Shown here: positions 22,501 through 32,246 of the stretch, one piece after another
How the letters are laid out: each line of letters begins with the position of its first letter
Numbering within the stretch: position 1 is the stretch's first letter
Assembly (NCBI GenBank): GCA_963730185.1
Contig: CAVSQW010000006.1
Location: forward strand, 352,001-416,000
Direction: 5' to 3'
From: an uncultured Gemmatimonadales bacterium
Lineage (GTDB): Bacteria; Gemmatimonadota; Gemmatimonadetes; Gemmatimonadales; GWC2-71-9
Length of the DNA: 64,000 bases
Notes under the pieces: generated by a model
Databases searched by the model: none
The model's input: the letters and a program-made list of their open reading frames with translations, nothing else
Told to the model about the DNA's origin: nothing
Translations under genes and position numbers: made by a program

Positions 22501-22754
22501 TCGGCACGCCGGTCCTGATCGATGGCGGCGCCGTCACGGCACCCAACCTCGCCATCTGGACGCCGGAGGGTGGCTACATCGTCGAGAACGTGGGCATCCC
22601 GCCCGACATCGAGGTGGAGCAGACCCCCAAGGACGTGATTGCCGGACACGACCCGCAGCTCGAGCGGGCGATCGCCTGGGTGATGGACGAGCTGCGGAAG
22701 AACCCGCCGCCGACCGTCAAGCGGCCGCCGTACCCAGACAAGGTCCATCCCTAG
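19503..22754 (+). CDS. tricorn protease homolog (S41B), exported
   Basis: signal peptide, PD40 propeller repeats (WSPDG), PDZ (GLLGAD), DERFNGGG, AGSGGD catalytic Ser, GKRTWGG. Confidence 0.95.
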   Translation: MSILPRVAGRTLTLALLATATTGHLAAQPSTTDTRLLSEPAISAAQIAFAYAGDLWTARQDGSDVRRLTSAQGDEQHPVYSPDGAWIAFAGNYDGNVDVYLIPAAGGEPRRLTWHPGPDIPQSFTADGKAVLFTSNRNDFSGRYTQLWSVPVGGGPATELPIPNAAEATVSPDGRHIAYNPIGRAFEQWKGYRGGQASELWLIDTSTWDVEKIPQPEGRCNDVDAVWLDPNTVWFRSDRDGEFNLYRYDRTTKKVSRVTNHTDFPIQNVAGGGGKILYEQAGWLHLFDPASSQSKRLVIGVAADLTQIRPHWVKGAQYVRNFSLSPSAARVAVETRGEIVTVPAEKGDPRNLTKTTGAHEREPAWSPDGTQIAYLSDEGGEYRLHLAPQDGQGAHRVIPLGGAGFYFGLQWSPDGKKIAYWDNSQTIFILDVASGQPTKVAANAIYTPAEGITYAWSPDSKWLAYTVLDHPLNRVLYLYDVAAAKSTAVTDGLSEVADPTFDQSGKYLYVLASTDGGPQLDWFAQSGDGLTRSRGIYAIALAKSAPNPFAPQSDEEKPATPPDTTKKAAGSGAATTTVDFAGITQRIVAFPIGEADITQLEAGDANQIYYLRRADAKGAIHRYDLSKRKDEVLITPADGFGLSRDGKKLFYKQGPGYFLTSTAQPQPGQGKVNLDAIDLYVDPPAEWAQELDEAWRINRDYFYATNYHGVNWPAQRTKYAALVAQSPTREDTYKIISWLLSELRVGHSFTFAGPGPDQPKTVPGGLLGADYEVANGRYRIAKVYGGLNWNPGLRSPLAEPGVDVRTGEYLLAVNGVDLRPPTNVYAPFENTAGKTVELTVGADPSGAGSRTVTVVPIPNEFALRHRAWIEGNLQKVDSATGGRVAYVYVPNTAGSGYESFRRYFYPQAHKDALIVDERFNGGGQLADYYIDIMKRQTLSYWATRYGHDLRTPAGSIPGPKALLINQTAGSGGDYFPWMFHHEKIGPLIGKRTWGGLVGILGTPVLIDGGAVTAPNLAIWTPEGGYIVENVGIPPDIEVEQTPKDVIAGHDPQLERAIAWVMDELRKNPPPTVKRPPYPDKVHP

Positions 22755-22794
22755 ACCGACTGGCGGACGGCGGGTCGAGCGGGTACGCTCCGGC

Positions 22795-23913
22795 ATGAGC
22801 ATTCGCGCCCGGCCGCTCGTCGCCCTGCTTCTGCTCGCCCCGGCCACCCCAGCCGGGGCGCAGCAGAACCGGTTCACCGGGGTTGAGCGGATCGTGGCCG
22901 TGGGAGACGTCCACGGCGATTACGATCAGTTCGTCACCGTGCTCCGGCAGACCGGAATCATCGACGACCGGAACCACTGGACCGGCGGCAAGACCCACCT
23001 GGTCCAGAACGGCGACGTCCTGGACCGGGGCGCGGATTCCCGGAAGGTGATGGACCTCCTGATGGCGCTGGAGAAGGAGGCGCCCAAGGCCGGCGGCATG
23101 GTCCACGCCCTGATCGGGAACCACGAAGCCATGAACATCCTGGGCGACCTGCGCTATACCTCGCCCGGGGAGTTCGAGGCCTTTCGGAACCGGGGCTCGG
23201 AAGCGCTCCGCGACCGCGCCTACCGGGTCCTGTCCGACTCCGCCCGCCGCGACGACGACGCCTACCATCGCCAGTGGAACGACGACCACCCGCTCGGCTG
23301 GGTGGAGCAGCGGCTCGCCTTCGAGGGCAAGGGCAGCTACGGCGATTGGATTCGAGGCCACGACGCGGTGATCGCGATCGACGGCTATCTCTTCCTCCAC
23401 GGCGGGATCAGCTCCAAGTATGTGGGCGCCTCGCTCGAAGCGCTCAACGACAGCGTGCGGGCCAACCTGGCGCCGGGCCGGCCGGCCGAGCCGCGGGGCG
23501 CGGCCGAGCCGCGGGGCGTGGCCGAGGATCCGGACGGGCCCCTCTGGTACCGGGGCCTGGCTCAGGGCGACGAGTCCGAGCTCGCGCCGCTGGTCGACTC
23601 GGTGCTCGCCGCGTTCGGGGTCCAGCACGTGGTGATCGGCCACACCGTGACGCCGGGCACCGTGATCCCGCGGTTCGACGGCAAGGTGATCATGATCGAC
23701 GTCGGCATGTCGGCGGTCTACGGGGGCCCGCCGGCCGCCCTGGTGATCGAACACGGCGTGCCGTACACGAGTCACCGCGGCCAGCGCCTCGCTCTGCCGC
23801 TCGGCGGCGACCTGCTTCCCTATCTCCAGGCCGCCGCGGCCCTCGACCCCGCACCCACCCGGCTCCAGAAGCTGATCGACCAGCTCAAAGCCGCGGCGGT
23901 CCCCTCGCGATGA
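22795..23913 (+). CDS. exported metallophosphoesterase (Shewanella-like phosphatase)
   Basis: GDVHG, GDVLDRG, GNHE, HGG, IGHT, IDVG. Confidence 0.9.
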   Translation: MSIRARPLVALLLLAPATPAGAQQNRFTGVERIVAVGDVHGDYDQFVTVLRQTGIIDDRNHWTGGKTHLVQNGDVLDRGADSRKVMDLLMALEKEAPKAGGMVHALIGNHEAMNILGDLRYTSPGEFEAFRNRGSEALRDRAYRVLSDSARRDDDAYHRQWNDDHPLGWVEQRLAFEGKGSYGDWIRGHDAVIAIDGYLFLHGGISSKYVGASLEALNDSVRANLAPGRPAEPRGAAEPRGVAEDPDGPLWYRGLAQGDESELAPLVDSVLAAFGVQHVVIGHTVTPGTVIPRFDGKVIMIDVGMSAVYGGPPAALVIEHGVPYTSHRGQRLALPLGGDLLPYLQAAAALDPAPTRLQKLIDQLKAAAVPSR

Positions 23914-23943
23914 TCCGCGGCTGGGGGCGTCCTGAACCGGCTA

Positions 23944-23972
23944 TTGACTTCTCCAGCGCCAAGTGGTATTCT
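23944..23972 (+). promoter_or_regulatory. strong sigma70 promoter
   Basis: TTGACT-17-TATTCT with TG extended -10. Confidence 0.65.
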
Positions 23973-23979
23973 GTGCGCC

Positions 23980-24243
23980 CCCGAACACGCGCCTAACGTG
24001 TGATCGGGATCACCAAATCGCGGGTCCGAAGGAGCTTCGAGGCATGACGAGTCGTCTCTCCCCACCAGCCGCCGCCATTCGAGCCGGGTCGTTCCCGCTC
24101 GTAGGGGCGTACGGTACGGTTGCCGGCCGGCTCGACCGGACCGGGACCGGGGCTCGATTCTCTGGGAGGACGCGGATCCGCTGAGGCGGCCTTTCCGCAC
24201 GGCGTTCATCGCCCCACCAGAGCTTCGGCCTGGTGGGGCGATG
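23980..24243 (+). ncRNA. candidate structured leader/sRNA ending in a 14-bp hairpin
   Basis: nested stems 24020-28/24173-81 and 24079-87/24127-35; perfect hairpin 24207-20/24230-43. Confidence 0.4.
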
Positions 24244-24311
24244 TCGTTGTGGGCTTGCCGGGCAAGCGGAAACACGTCGGTCGACGCCGAAGCGTCGAGG
24301 AAGGAGGGGCC

Positions 24312-24584
24312 ATGTTGCGCCCCACGGTTTACATGGCATCGCCTCTCCATCGGCTGTTGGCGACCTGGGTCGCGCGGCCGGAGGCCCCGGCGCGTCCCGA
24401 GACCACTCGGCCGGTACCGGCTCCGGCGCCACGGGCGGCAGCCAAGCCGGACGAAGACGGTCCGACCCCGGTGCCCGTCCGAAGCCCGGCACCGGTCATG
24501 GTGCCGGTGGCGGGGCGGGTCGCGTCGTCCCCGTGGTCACCGACGTCGACGCCCTCATTCCCGGACCTGCCCGTGAGGCGATAG
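24312..24584 (+). CDS. small proline-rich hypothetical protein
   Basis: AAGGAGG directly upstream of the ATG; 90 aa; no recognisable domain. Confidence 0.45.
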   Translation: MLRPTVYMASPLHRLLATWVARPEAPARPETTRPVPAPAPRAAAKPDEDGPTPVPVRSPAPVMVPVAGRVASSPWSPTSTPSFPDLPVRR

Positions 24585-24615
24585 GTTCAACCCATCCACC
24601 GCCTGGGAGCTTCGG

Positions 24616-26715
24616 GTGACTTTCCGAGCCATCGTCATCGGCAGCCTCGCGCTCGCCGCCAGCGGCCACACCACGCCGGCCGCCGCGCAGTCCATCCGCC
24701 GATCCGCGTTCGGCGAATACGAGGGGTACTCGGCGTCGCGCTTCGACAGCTTCGTCCGGGAGTCGCGCTACCTCCCCACCGGCGACAGCACCCGCATCGC
24801 CCTCGACATCTACCGCCCGGCGGTGCGTGGCGCGGCCGCCACCGCGCCGCGGCCGGTGGCGCTCCTCGTCACCCGCTACTGGCGGAGCTCCGAGCTCGAG
24901 GACGGCTCGATCCGCACGATGCCGGGCACCGTCCCGGCCGGGAAGCGCTGGGCGCCGCTCCTCGACCCGGCCGATTACCGCTCGGAACGCGGCTGGGCGG
25001 TGGTCACCGGCGAGCTGATTCGCCACGGCTACATCGTGGTGGTGATGGACAGCCGCGGGACCGGCGCGTCCTTCGGCGTGCAGACCCCGGGCCTCAGCGC
25101 CGAGGTGGCCGACATGCGCACCGTGATCGAGTGGCTGGCGAGCCGGTCGTGGACCACCGACAAGGTCGGCATGTTCGGCGCGTCCTGGCCCGGGATCATC
25201 CAACTGGTGGCGGCGCTCGGAGAGCCGCCGTCACTCGCCGCGATCTTTCCGGCGGTGCCGAACTTCATCGACACCTATCGTATCCTCCGGCCGGGTGGGG
25301 TCTACGGGAAGGGTGCCGCCCTCACCATGCGGAAGACGCTGGTCGGCCTCTCGGAGGTGAAAGACCAGGGGCAGACGGGCTCGACCTACGGCAAGATGGC
25401 CGGCAACCTCCGGGTCGTCGGACCCGCCAAAGTCGACGCCGATCCGGACGGCTCGCTCCGGACCGCCGCCCGCGCGGGCCAAGGCTCCGCGTCGTTCGCG
25501 GGCTACGTCGACGGCATCCTCGCCCACCCGGCCGTGAAGGAGGCCGCCGAGGAGCTCCGGCTCACGAGCATCGACCAGATCATCAATACCCTCTTCTACG
25601 CCGACAGCCTGGATCGGGCGCTCCAGGGTCACGACGCGCTCCGGCGAAAGCTCGCGGCCGCCCAGTGGCCGGAGCCGCCGCAGGCCCTGACGACGACGAT
25701 GCGGTTCCTGGCCCGGCTCGACTCGGCCGCGGTGCCGACGTACTTCTGGGACGGCTGGCAGGATCCCATGCCGTCCGAGCGGCTTCTCTACTATTACAAC
25801 CTGACCGGCCCCACCCGGATCACGATCGGCCCCTGGTCGCACGGCGCCGGCGAGCCGAACGACCTCCGCGAGGACGCCCATCTCACCTTGATGGCCACCG
25901 AGCTGGTCCGCTGGTTCGACCACTGGCTCCTGGGGGTCGACAACGGAGTGGACCGGGAACCCAAGGTCACCTACGCCGTGATGGAGAACCCCGCGCGCTG
26001 GAGCTGGCACACCAGCAGCACCTTTCCGCCTCCGGAGGCCACGGCGACGGACTTCTATTTCGACGGCGACCCCTCCGGCAGCCTCGCGTCACCGAACGAC
26101 CACAGCCTGGTCCGGGAGCCACCGAGCGCCGCGGCGGCCAGGGACGACTACACCGCCGACTACGGCCTCACCACCGGCGAGCACACCCGGCTCCACGACG
26201 CGACCGGCGCCGGCCCGATCGCCTACCCCGATCTGGCCCCCAACGATGCCAGGGCGCTCACCTACACCACGGAGTCGCTCGCCCAGGACGTCGCGTTCGC
26301 GGGGTTCCCAATCGTCACCATGCAGGTCTCCTCGACCTCGCCCGACCCGACCTTCATCGTCTACCTCGAGGACGTCGATCCGGACGGTCACTCGACGCTC
26401 GTCACCCAGGGCTTCCTCCGGGCCTCGCACCGCACCCCCTGGACGCCGCCCTACTCCACCAACGGGACGCCCTGGACCAGCTCGCTGCCCGACGACGTGG
26501 AACACGCGGCGCCGCTCACCGCCGGTCCAGCCGAGCTCCGCTTCGCCCTCCACCCGGCGGCCCAGCGGTTCCCTCGGGGTCATCGGATCCGGCTGACCAT
26601 CGCGCTCGCCGACGAAGGCGTGATCTGGGTGGTTCCCGAGTCACCGCGACCAGTGATCTCGGTGCGGCGGGACGGCGCGCATCCCTCGCGCCTGACCCTG
26701 CCGCTGGTTCCCTAG
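24616..26715 (+). CDS. CocE/NonD family (S15) exported hydrolase
   Basis: DSRGTGASFG, GASWPG, IGPWSHG, PepX C-terminal domain. Confidence 0.9.
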   Translation: MTFRAIVIGSLALAASGHTTPAAAQSIRRSAFGEYEGYSASRFDSFVRESRYLPTGDSTRIALDIYRPAVRGAAATAPRPVALLVTRYWRSSELEDGSIRTMPGTVPAGKRWAPLLDPADYRSERGWAVVTGELIRHGYIVVVMDSRGTGASFGVQTPGLSAEVADMRTVIEWLASRSWTTDKVGMFGASWPGIIQLVAALGEPPSLAAIFPAVPNFIDTYRILRPGGVYGKGAALTMRKTLVGLSEVKDQGQTGSTYGKMAGNLRVVGPAKVDADPDGSLRTAARAGQGSASFAGYVDGILAHPAVKEAAEELRLTSIDQIINTLFYADSLDRALQGHDALRRKLAAAQWPEPPQALTTTMRFLARLDSAAVPTYFWDGWQDPMPSERLLYYYNLTGPTRITIGPWSHGAGEPNDLREDAHLTLMATELVRWFDHWLLGVDNGVDREPKVTYAVMENPARWSWHTSSTFPPPEATATDFYFDGDPSGSLASPNDHSLVREPPSAAAARDDYTADYGLTTGEHTRLHDATGAGPIAYPDLAPNDARALTYTTESLAQDVAFAGFPIVTMQVSSTSPDPTFIVYLEDVDPDGHSTLVTQGFLRASHRTPWTPPYSTNGTPWTSSLPDDVEHAAPLTAGPAELRFALHPAAQRFPRGHRIRLTIALADEGVIWVVPESPRPVISVRRDGAHPSRLTLPLVP

Positions 26716-26856
26716 GTCCGGCCAGTCGGAACCCACCCGACGGCGATCGACCGAGGTAACCGCGGCCGTGGGCAGTGACCGAGCCGCCCCAGCCGGGGTC
26801 TTCGGTGGGCGGAAGGGTGTGATTCGAGAGACCACTATTGCCTGGGTGAGATACCA

Positions 26857-27297
26857 TTGAAACGGCTGGTGCTGTTGGCGGTGCTGGGCCTCGGATGCGG
26901 GGTGGGTGTTACCCAACCCGCGGCCTCACTCCGATTCGATCTGAGCGCCATCGACGGACATCCCCTGCCCCGGACACCGATTGGCTGGCCGGCCGACGCG
27001 ACCGTCGAGGCCGCCTCCCTGGAATTTGATGTGGGCACCGCCCTGGCGGATGGCACCGAGGGCCTCGTGACGTATACGATCCGGATCGCGGGTGAGGATC
27101 GCCCCGAGCCGCTTCGGTACCAGGTGGTGGGCGGCGTCCTCGCCATCAACCTCTGTCCCCTCCGGGCGGCCTGCCCGGTGGTGGTGACCGAGCTGCTGGG
27201 CCCCGTGCCCGCCGACGGTGGGCCGCTGCTCCTGACCTATGCCATCGCCGGCGTCGCGAGCTCCGTGTTTCGCTTCGATCCGCTCGGCTTGGACTGA
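26857..27297 (+). CDS. hypothetical lipoprotein
   Basis: TTG start, MKRLVLLAVLGLGC lipobox. Confidence 0.6.
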   Translation: MKRLVLLAVLGLGCGVGVTQPAASLRFDLSAIDGHPLPRTPIGWPADATVEAASLEFDVGTALADGTEGLVTYTIRIAGEDRPEPLRYQVVGGVLAINLCPLRAACPVVVTELLGPVPADGGPLLLTYAIAGVASSVFRFDPLGLD

Positions 27298-27344
27298 CCG
27301 ACCCGACATCCAGGCCAGCACCTCCATTGCCGGACCCTCACATC

Positions 27345-27360
27345 TCTGACTATTGTCAGA
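27345..27360. promoter_or_regulatory. palindromic operator overlapping the -10 of the MarR-GNAT gene
   Basis: TCTGAC-TATT-GTCAGA, ending 2 nt before the ATG. Confidence 0.65.
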
Positions 27361-27362
27361 CA

Positions 27363-28247
27363 ATGACGTCCGACCAGATCGCCGGGGTCCGGCGCTTCAA
27401 CCGCCTGGTCACCCAGCGCGCCGGCGCGCTCGATGACCACTTCCTGGGTCGCGACCGGCCGCTCGGCGCCTCCCGGGTGCTCTACGACATCGGTCCGGAT
27501 GGCGCCGACCTGCGCGAGGTCCGGGCCCACCTCAGCCTCGACTCCGGCTACCTGAGCCGTTTGGTCCAGTCGCTCGAGACGGCCGGTCTCGTCACTCTTG
27601 GCGCCGATCCGACCGACGAGCGGGTTCGCCGAGCCACGCTCACGGGCGCCGGCCAGGCGGAGGTGAGGGAGATGGACCGGCGGGCGGACGAGGTGGCTCA
27701 GTCCACCCTGGCGCCCCTCTCGGAACGCCAGCGGGAGCGGCTGGCGGCGGCCATGGCCGAGGTGTGCCTGCTCCTCACCGCATCGGGGACCACGATCGAG
27801 CGGGTCGATCCGGCCGGCCGCGAGGCCCGGTGGTGCGTCGCCCGGTATTGCGACGAGCTGGACCGGCGATTCGAGGCGGGATTCGACCCGGGCAAGAGTC
27901 TGCCGGCCGACGAGAGCGACTTCCGCCCGCCCACCGGGTCCTTCCTGGTGGCGATGGCCGACGGTGAGCCGATCGCGGGTGGGGCGGTCAAGGCGATCGG
28001 CCTGGGCGTCGGTACCATCAAGCGGATGTGGGTCGCGGACCGGGCCCGCGGCCTCGGTTTCGGCCGTCGGATGCTGGTGGCGTTGGAGGATGAGGCCCGG
28101 CGGTTGGGAATCGTCACGCTTCACCTGGAGACGAACCAGGCGCTGGAGGAAGCGATCGCGCTCTACCGGCGGTCGGGCTACGTCGATGTCGCGGCCTTCA
28201 ACGACGACCCCTACGCCACCCACTGGTTCGAAAAGCGGCTGGCCTGA
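27363..28247 (+). CDS. bifunctional MarR HTH / GNAT acetyltransferase
   Basis: VRRFNR...LDSGYLSRL; IKRMWV..RARGLGFG; LYRRSGY. Confidence 0.92.
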   Translation: MTSDQIAGVRRFNRLVTQRAGALDDHFLGRDRPLGASRVLYDIGPDGADLREVRAHLSLDSGYLSRLVQSLETAGLVTLGADPTDERVRRATLTGAGQAEVREMDRRADEVAQSTLAPLSERQRERLAAAMAEVCLLLTASGTTIERVDPAGREARWCVARYCDELDRRFEAGFDPGKSLPADESDFRPPTGSFLVAMADGEPIAGGAVKAIGLGVGTIKRMWVADRARGLGFGRRMLVALEDEARRLGIVTLHLETNQALEEAIALYRRSGYVDVAAFNDDPYATHWFEKRLA

Positions 28248-28420
28248 CCCGCCCCGGCCGAGCCTCGCCACGCGCGGCGCCGGGTGGGTGATTTTCCGGA
28301 ACGGCGATTCGTCGCTCGCGGCGGCTCCGAGTCACCCTCGACTGAGGTCGGCCTTCGACTACGACGGCACCAGCATCCCGGCCACCTACGACCGGACCCG
28401 AGCGATCCTAGGGCGGGCGG

Positions 28421-29076
28421 CTATTCCCGAAGGATGGAGACCGGATCGGTTCGAAGGGCACGGAGAGCGGGGACCCACCTGGCGGCCAGCGCCGCGGCAC
28501 CGAGCCCGGCGGCGATGACCGCCAGCGTCGCGGGGTCGGCGGCTCCGACGCCGTAGAGCTGGCTCCGGAGCAGTCGTCCGAGGACGACGCCGGCGACCGC
28601 GCCGACTAGAACACCGGCCACCGCCATCGCGATGCCCTCGCTCACCACCACGACCAGGGGCGTCGCGGGCCCGTCCGCCGCACTCAACGGCCGGCCGTCT
28701 CTGAGGGCGAGCCCCACGGTCTCGAAATAGCCGGGGCTCACTGTGCAGACCATGGCGGTCGGCGCGGTCGTACGATCCGGGCGCGACCACCGCCCAACGC
28801 GACCCGATGGGCAAGCTCACCCTGACGGGCGGCGGTCCGGCTGACCAGCGCGCCGGCCACGCTGCCCGAGGCTGCCAGCAGCATGAACAGCACGGCACCG
28901 AGCACCGGGAGCAGGATCGGACGGGCGTCCGCCGAGTGATAGGCGAGCGCTCTGATCAGCCTCAGGTGCCAGGCCGGATCGGTCGCCGCCGGGACCTGGC
29001 CTCGAACGATGGCATCGAGACGCCGCTCCGCCGCGACCCGGGATTGACTCGGCCTCAGCCGGACCAGCGACGGCAT
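28421..29076 (-). pseudogene. internally deleted ADOP-type ABC permease remnant
   Basis: three non-adjacent permease segments joined (GAVLFMLL..ELAHRVALG; VSPGYFETVG; PALRALRTDPVSILRE) in about 650 bp versus about 2.4 kb for intact copies. Confidence 0.75.
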
Positions 29077-29210
29077 CCAGTTACCCGGCTGAAGCGGGCC
29101 AGCGCGTCACCGGGCTATCTTGGAGACGAGTTCTTGGGCGACCCAGTACCGATGAACACCGAGCTCGATCGCTCGGGTCCTCGAACCCCGAACGGGTCAC
29201 ATACCGAACG

Positions 29211-30380
29211 ATGCGCCGGCCGTTCTGGCAGCACGCTCTGCCCCTCGTCGCTTGCCTCGCCTGCGGTGGAGATGCGCCACCATCCGCTCCACCATCGCCG
29301 TCGGGTTATGGTACGGCCGGTGACGGCCGCCTGGGAGAAGTCCTCGCGAACATCCGGGTCAGCCGAGACCTTCCAGCGCTGGCCGCGATTCTGGTGGCGG
29401 GAAACCAGGTGGTCGAGACCGGGGCTGCCGGGCTCAGGGCGATCGGTCAGACGCCGCAGGTCACGACCACCGATCAGTGGCACATCGGATCGCTCACCAA
29501 GGCGATGACGGCCACGCTCGCCGGGGTATTGGTCGAGCGGGGTCGGATCGACTGGAGCACCCGGGTGCGAGACGCCCTGCCGGAACTGGTCGCTGGTTCG
29601 CAGGCCGAGCTCGTCGACGTGACCCTCCAGGAGCTGCTCAGCCACACTGCCGGCATCACGACCGACGTGACCCAGGCGCCGTCCTGGGCCACGCTCCGAA
29701 GCACCGCCGGACCGCTCCTGGAGCGCCGGAGGGCGTTCGCGGCCGAGTTGCTCGCGCTGCCACCGGCCGGCCCCCGCGGAACCTATGCCTACTCCAATGG
29801 CGGGTACATCGTGGCCGGGGCGATGCTCGAGGCGGCCACCGGCACCGCGTGGGAAGACCTCCTTCAGCAGGAGGTCCTCGGACCACTTGGGATGACGGGA
29901 ACGGGCTTCGGCGCGCCCGGCGAGGCGGCGACGCCGGACCAACCATGGGGTCATGTCCGACAGAGCGGGAGCTGGGTGGCGGTTCCACCGGGTCCCAACG
30001 CCGACAACCCGGACGTCCTCGGCCCGGCGGGCACCGTGCACACGACGCTGATGGATTATGCCCGGTTCATGATGGCGCATCTGGCCGGAGCCCGAGGCGT
30101 CGACGGGTTGGTCTCGGCCGCGACCTTCGCCCGCCTGCATACCCCAGCCCCGGGTACCAACTACGCGCTAGGCTGGGGCGTGATCGAGCGCAGTTGGGCC
30201 GACGGACTGGTGCTGCAGCACGCCGGCAGCAACAGCCTCTGGTACGCGGTCGTCTGGATCGCGCCCGAACGGAACCTCGCCATGTTCGCCGCCACCAACG
30301 CTGGCGGCGACCCGGCCCAGGCCGGAACCAACGACGCGATCACCGCCCTGATTGAACGATTCGACGCCCTCACCCGCTGA
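29211..30380 (+). CDS. serine hydrolase (beta-lactamase class C-like), lipoprotein
   Basis: IGSLTK, HTAG, YSNGGY, HAGS. Confidence 0.9.
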   Translation: MRRPFWQHALPLVACLACGGDAPPSAPPSPSGYGTAGDGRLGEVLANIRVSRDLPALAAILVAGNQVVETGAAGLRAIGQTPQVTTTDQWHIGSLTKAMTATLAGVLVERGRIDWSTRVRDALPELVAGSQAELVDVTLQELLSHTAGITTDVTQAPSWATLRSTAGPLLERRRAFAAELLALPPAGPRGTYAYSNGGYIVAGAMLEAATGTAWEDLLQQEVLGPLGMTGTGFGAPGEAATPDQPWGHVRQSGSWVAVPPGPNADNPDVLGPAGTVHTTLMDYARFMMAHLAGARGVDGLVSAATFARLHTPAPGTNYALGWGVIERSWADGLVLQHAGSNSLWYAVVWIAPERNLAMFAATNAGGDPAQAGTNDAITALIERFDALTR

Positions 30381-30730
30381 TCAGAGTCGAATCCCGGGCC
30401 CGACCACGAACCAAACGAGCGCCACCAGCACAGCGGCGGAGACCATGACGCTTCGCACCCCGGTCTCGCCCGGGGCCGGAGCGACCGAGGGGACGCGCTT
30501 CACGAACCGCGGACCACGTAGCCTCCCGCCGACAGCGTCCGATAGCCTCCGAGCACCTCGGTGGCGGTCCACAGCGTCGGCGTCCCGCCGGCCAACCATC
30601 CGCCCCGCATGTGCGCCCCCTCGTGGGCGGTGATGCCGAGGCAGGCCGCGAGCACCGATGCAGCCGCGTTTACCGCGATTGAGAGGCGGTCGGTGGGGAG
30701 CTCGAAGGGTGGCGTCGGATCGCTGGGCAC
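30381..30730 (-). pseudogene. degraded membrane HExxH (M50-like) protein remnant
   Basis: LGITAHEGAHMRGGWLAGG in one frame, hydrophobic C-terminal tail in another. Confidence 0.4.
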
Positions 30731-30781
30731 AAGGAGAGCACGGGGTCGGACCGGACCGGGTTTCGGGCGCGGCGGGCCGCA

Positions 30782-32091
30782 TCACCGAAGCGCTACCACC
30801 ATCGCCACGACGGCCCCGGCGACGAGGGCGGGGAGCATCCGTCGGATCAGCGCCACCGGCGTCACCCCCACCAGGCCCGCCGAGTAGACCACCACCGCCG
30901 CCACCGGCGACATGGTCCGGCCGAACGCGCCGCCCAGGCAGGCGAGCGCCGCGAGCCGGACCGAGTCGTGACCCGGCTCGACCTGGGTCAGGAACGTCTG
31001 CGCGAAGGCGAGAATCGGCCCCGAGCCCGAGCCGGACAGCGTCGCCAGGGCCCAGGGGAACCCACCAGACAGCAGCCTCAAGGCGTGGCTCTCGCTCGCC
31101 CGGCGGAGCAGCACCTCGGCCAACCCGACCGCGCCGATGCCGGCCCCGAAACACTGCGCGGTGATGGTCAGGGAGATGATCCCCCCGTAGGCCGACCCCA
31201 TGCCGTCGAAGAGACTCTTGGTGAGGGTGGCGATCTCGCGCCAGCCCACGATCCCGGCCAGGGCCGCTCCAATCAGCATGGCACGCACGACCGGCAGCGC
31301 GTTGGCGAGCGGAGCCCACTCTTCGCCGGGCGGGATCCGCACCAACCAACCCAGGCCCGGCACGCCGGCGTAGCCGAGCAGGAGCAGGACGATGGGTACC
31401 AGGGGGATCGCGGCCTTGAGCGGGTCGACCCGGAAATTCGGCCGGTCGTGCGGCACGTCGACCAGCACCCCGGCGTCGTCTTCCCGACCCGGCCTGGCGG
31501 CGCGTCGGTGCTGGAGGGTGAAGACCAGCGCGGCCGCCACCGCGCCCGCGATGCTGGCCGGGATGACCCGGGCGGAGAGCGCCACGGCCGAGAGCTTGGC
31601 AATGCCGGCCACCGCCTGCACGTCCTGCGCGCCGGGATTGAGGAGATCGCCACCGAAGGAGGCGCCGAGAATCAGCGCCGCGCCCGCGACGGCGGCGGGG
31701 AGGCCGCTGGCCAGGAGCAGAGGCACCAGAATCGGGCCGAGCGCGGCGGCAGTGCTGGCCTGGCTGGGCACCGCCATGTTCACCAGGTAGGCGACCAGGA
31801 TCCGCCCGGTACCACCAACCACGGCACTCTGCGGATCGGGCTGAGGAGCACGTGGACCAAATGCTTGTCGGCCCCGGTCGCCGCCATGATGGCCGCGAAG
31901 CCCATGGCCGCGCAGATCGGGGCCGCCATCGCGGTGACCATGGCGCGGGTGAAGGTGTCGGCCAGGGCGAGCGGCTGGCCGGCGAGGAGCATCAGCACCA
32001 GGCCGGCGCCGAGAAGCACGAGGCGGACATCGACCCGGCGGACCATCAAGACGATGGCGCCCACGATGACGAGGGTCGCGAGGATGATCAC
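30782..32091 (-). CDS. DcuC-family C4-dicarboxylate transporter; frameshift near 31802
   Basis: RRVDVRLVL, PICAAMGFA, PSQASTAA, LLNPG, SGSGSGP, GRTMSPVAAVV. Confidence 0.82.
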
Positions 32092-32246
32092 GTCGGTTCT
32101 CGAATGAGGACGGAGGAGGTACCGTCCGGTCCGAGACCTCGCCACGAGCGGCGGCGAGGTCGGCTCTCGACGCTCTTCCGCCCCCCGGTCCGGAGCGTCA
32201 ATATTGTCATCTCGGACCGCCCACCTTCCACCCGCGAGAGTCGAAG

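Noticed and set aside
23485..23526. 18-bp tandem repeat (AEPRGA/AEPRGV) in the phosphatase
   Set aside because: Simple in-frame local duplication in a probable loop
24020..24181. Glycine riboswitch (CCGAAGGAGC...CUCUGG)
   Set aside because: Lacks the GGAGAG 5' element and the CUCUCAGG consensus, and no glycine-related gene follows
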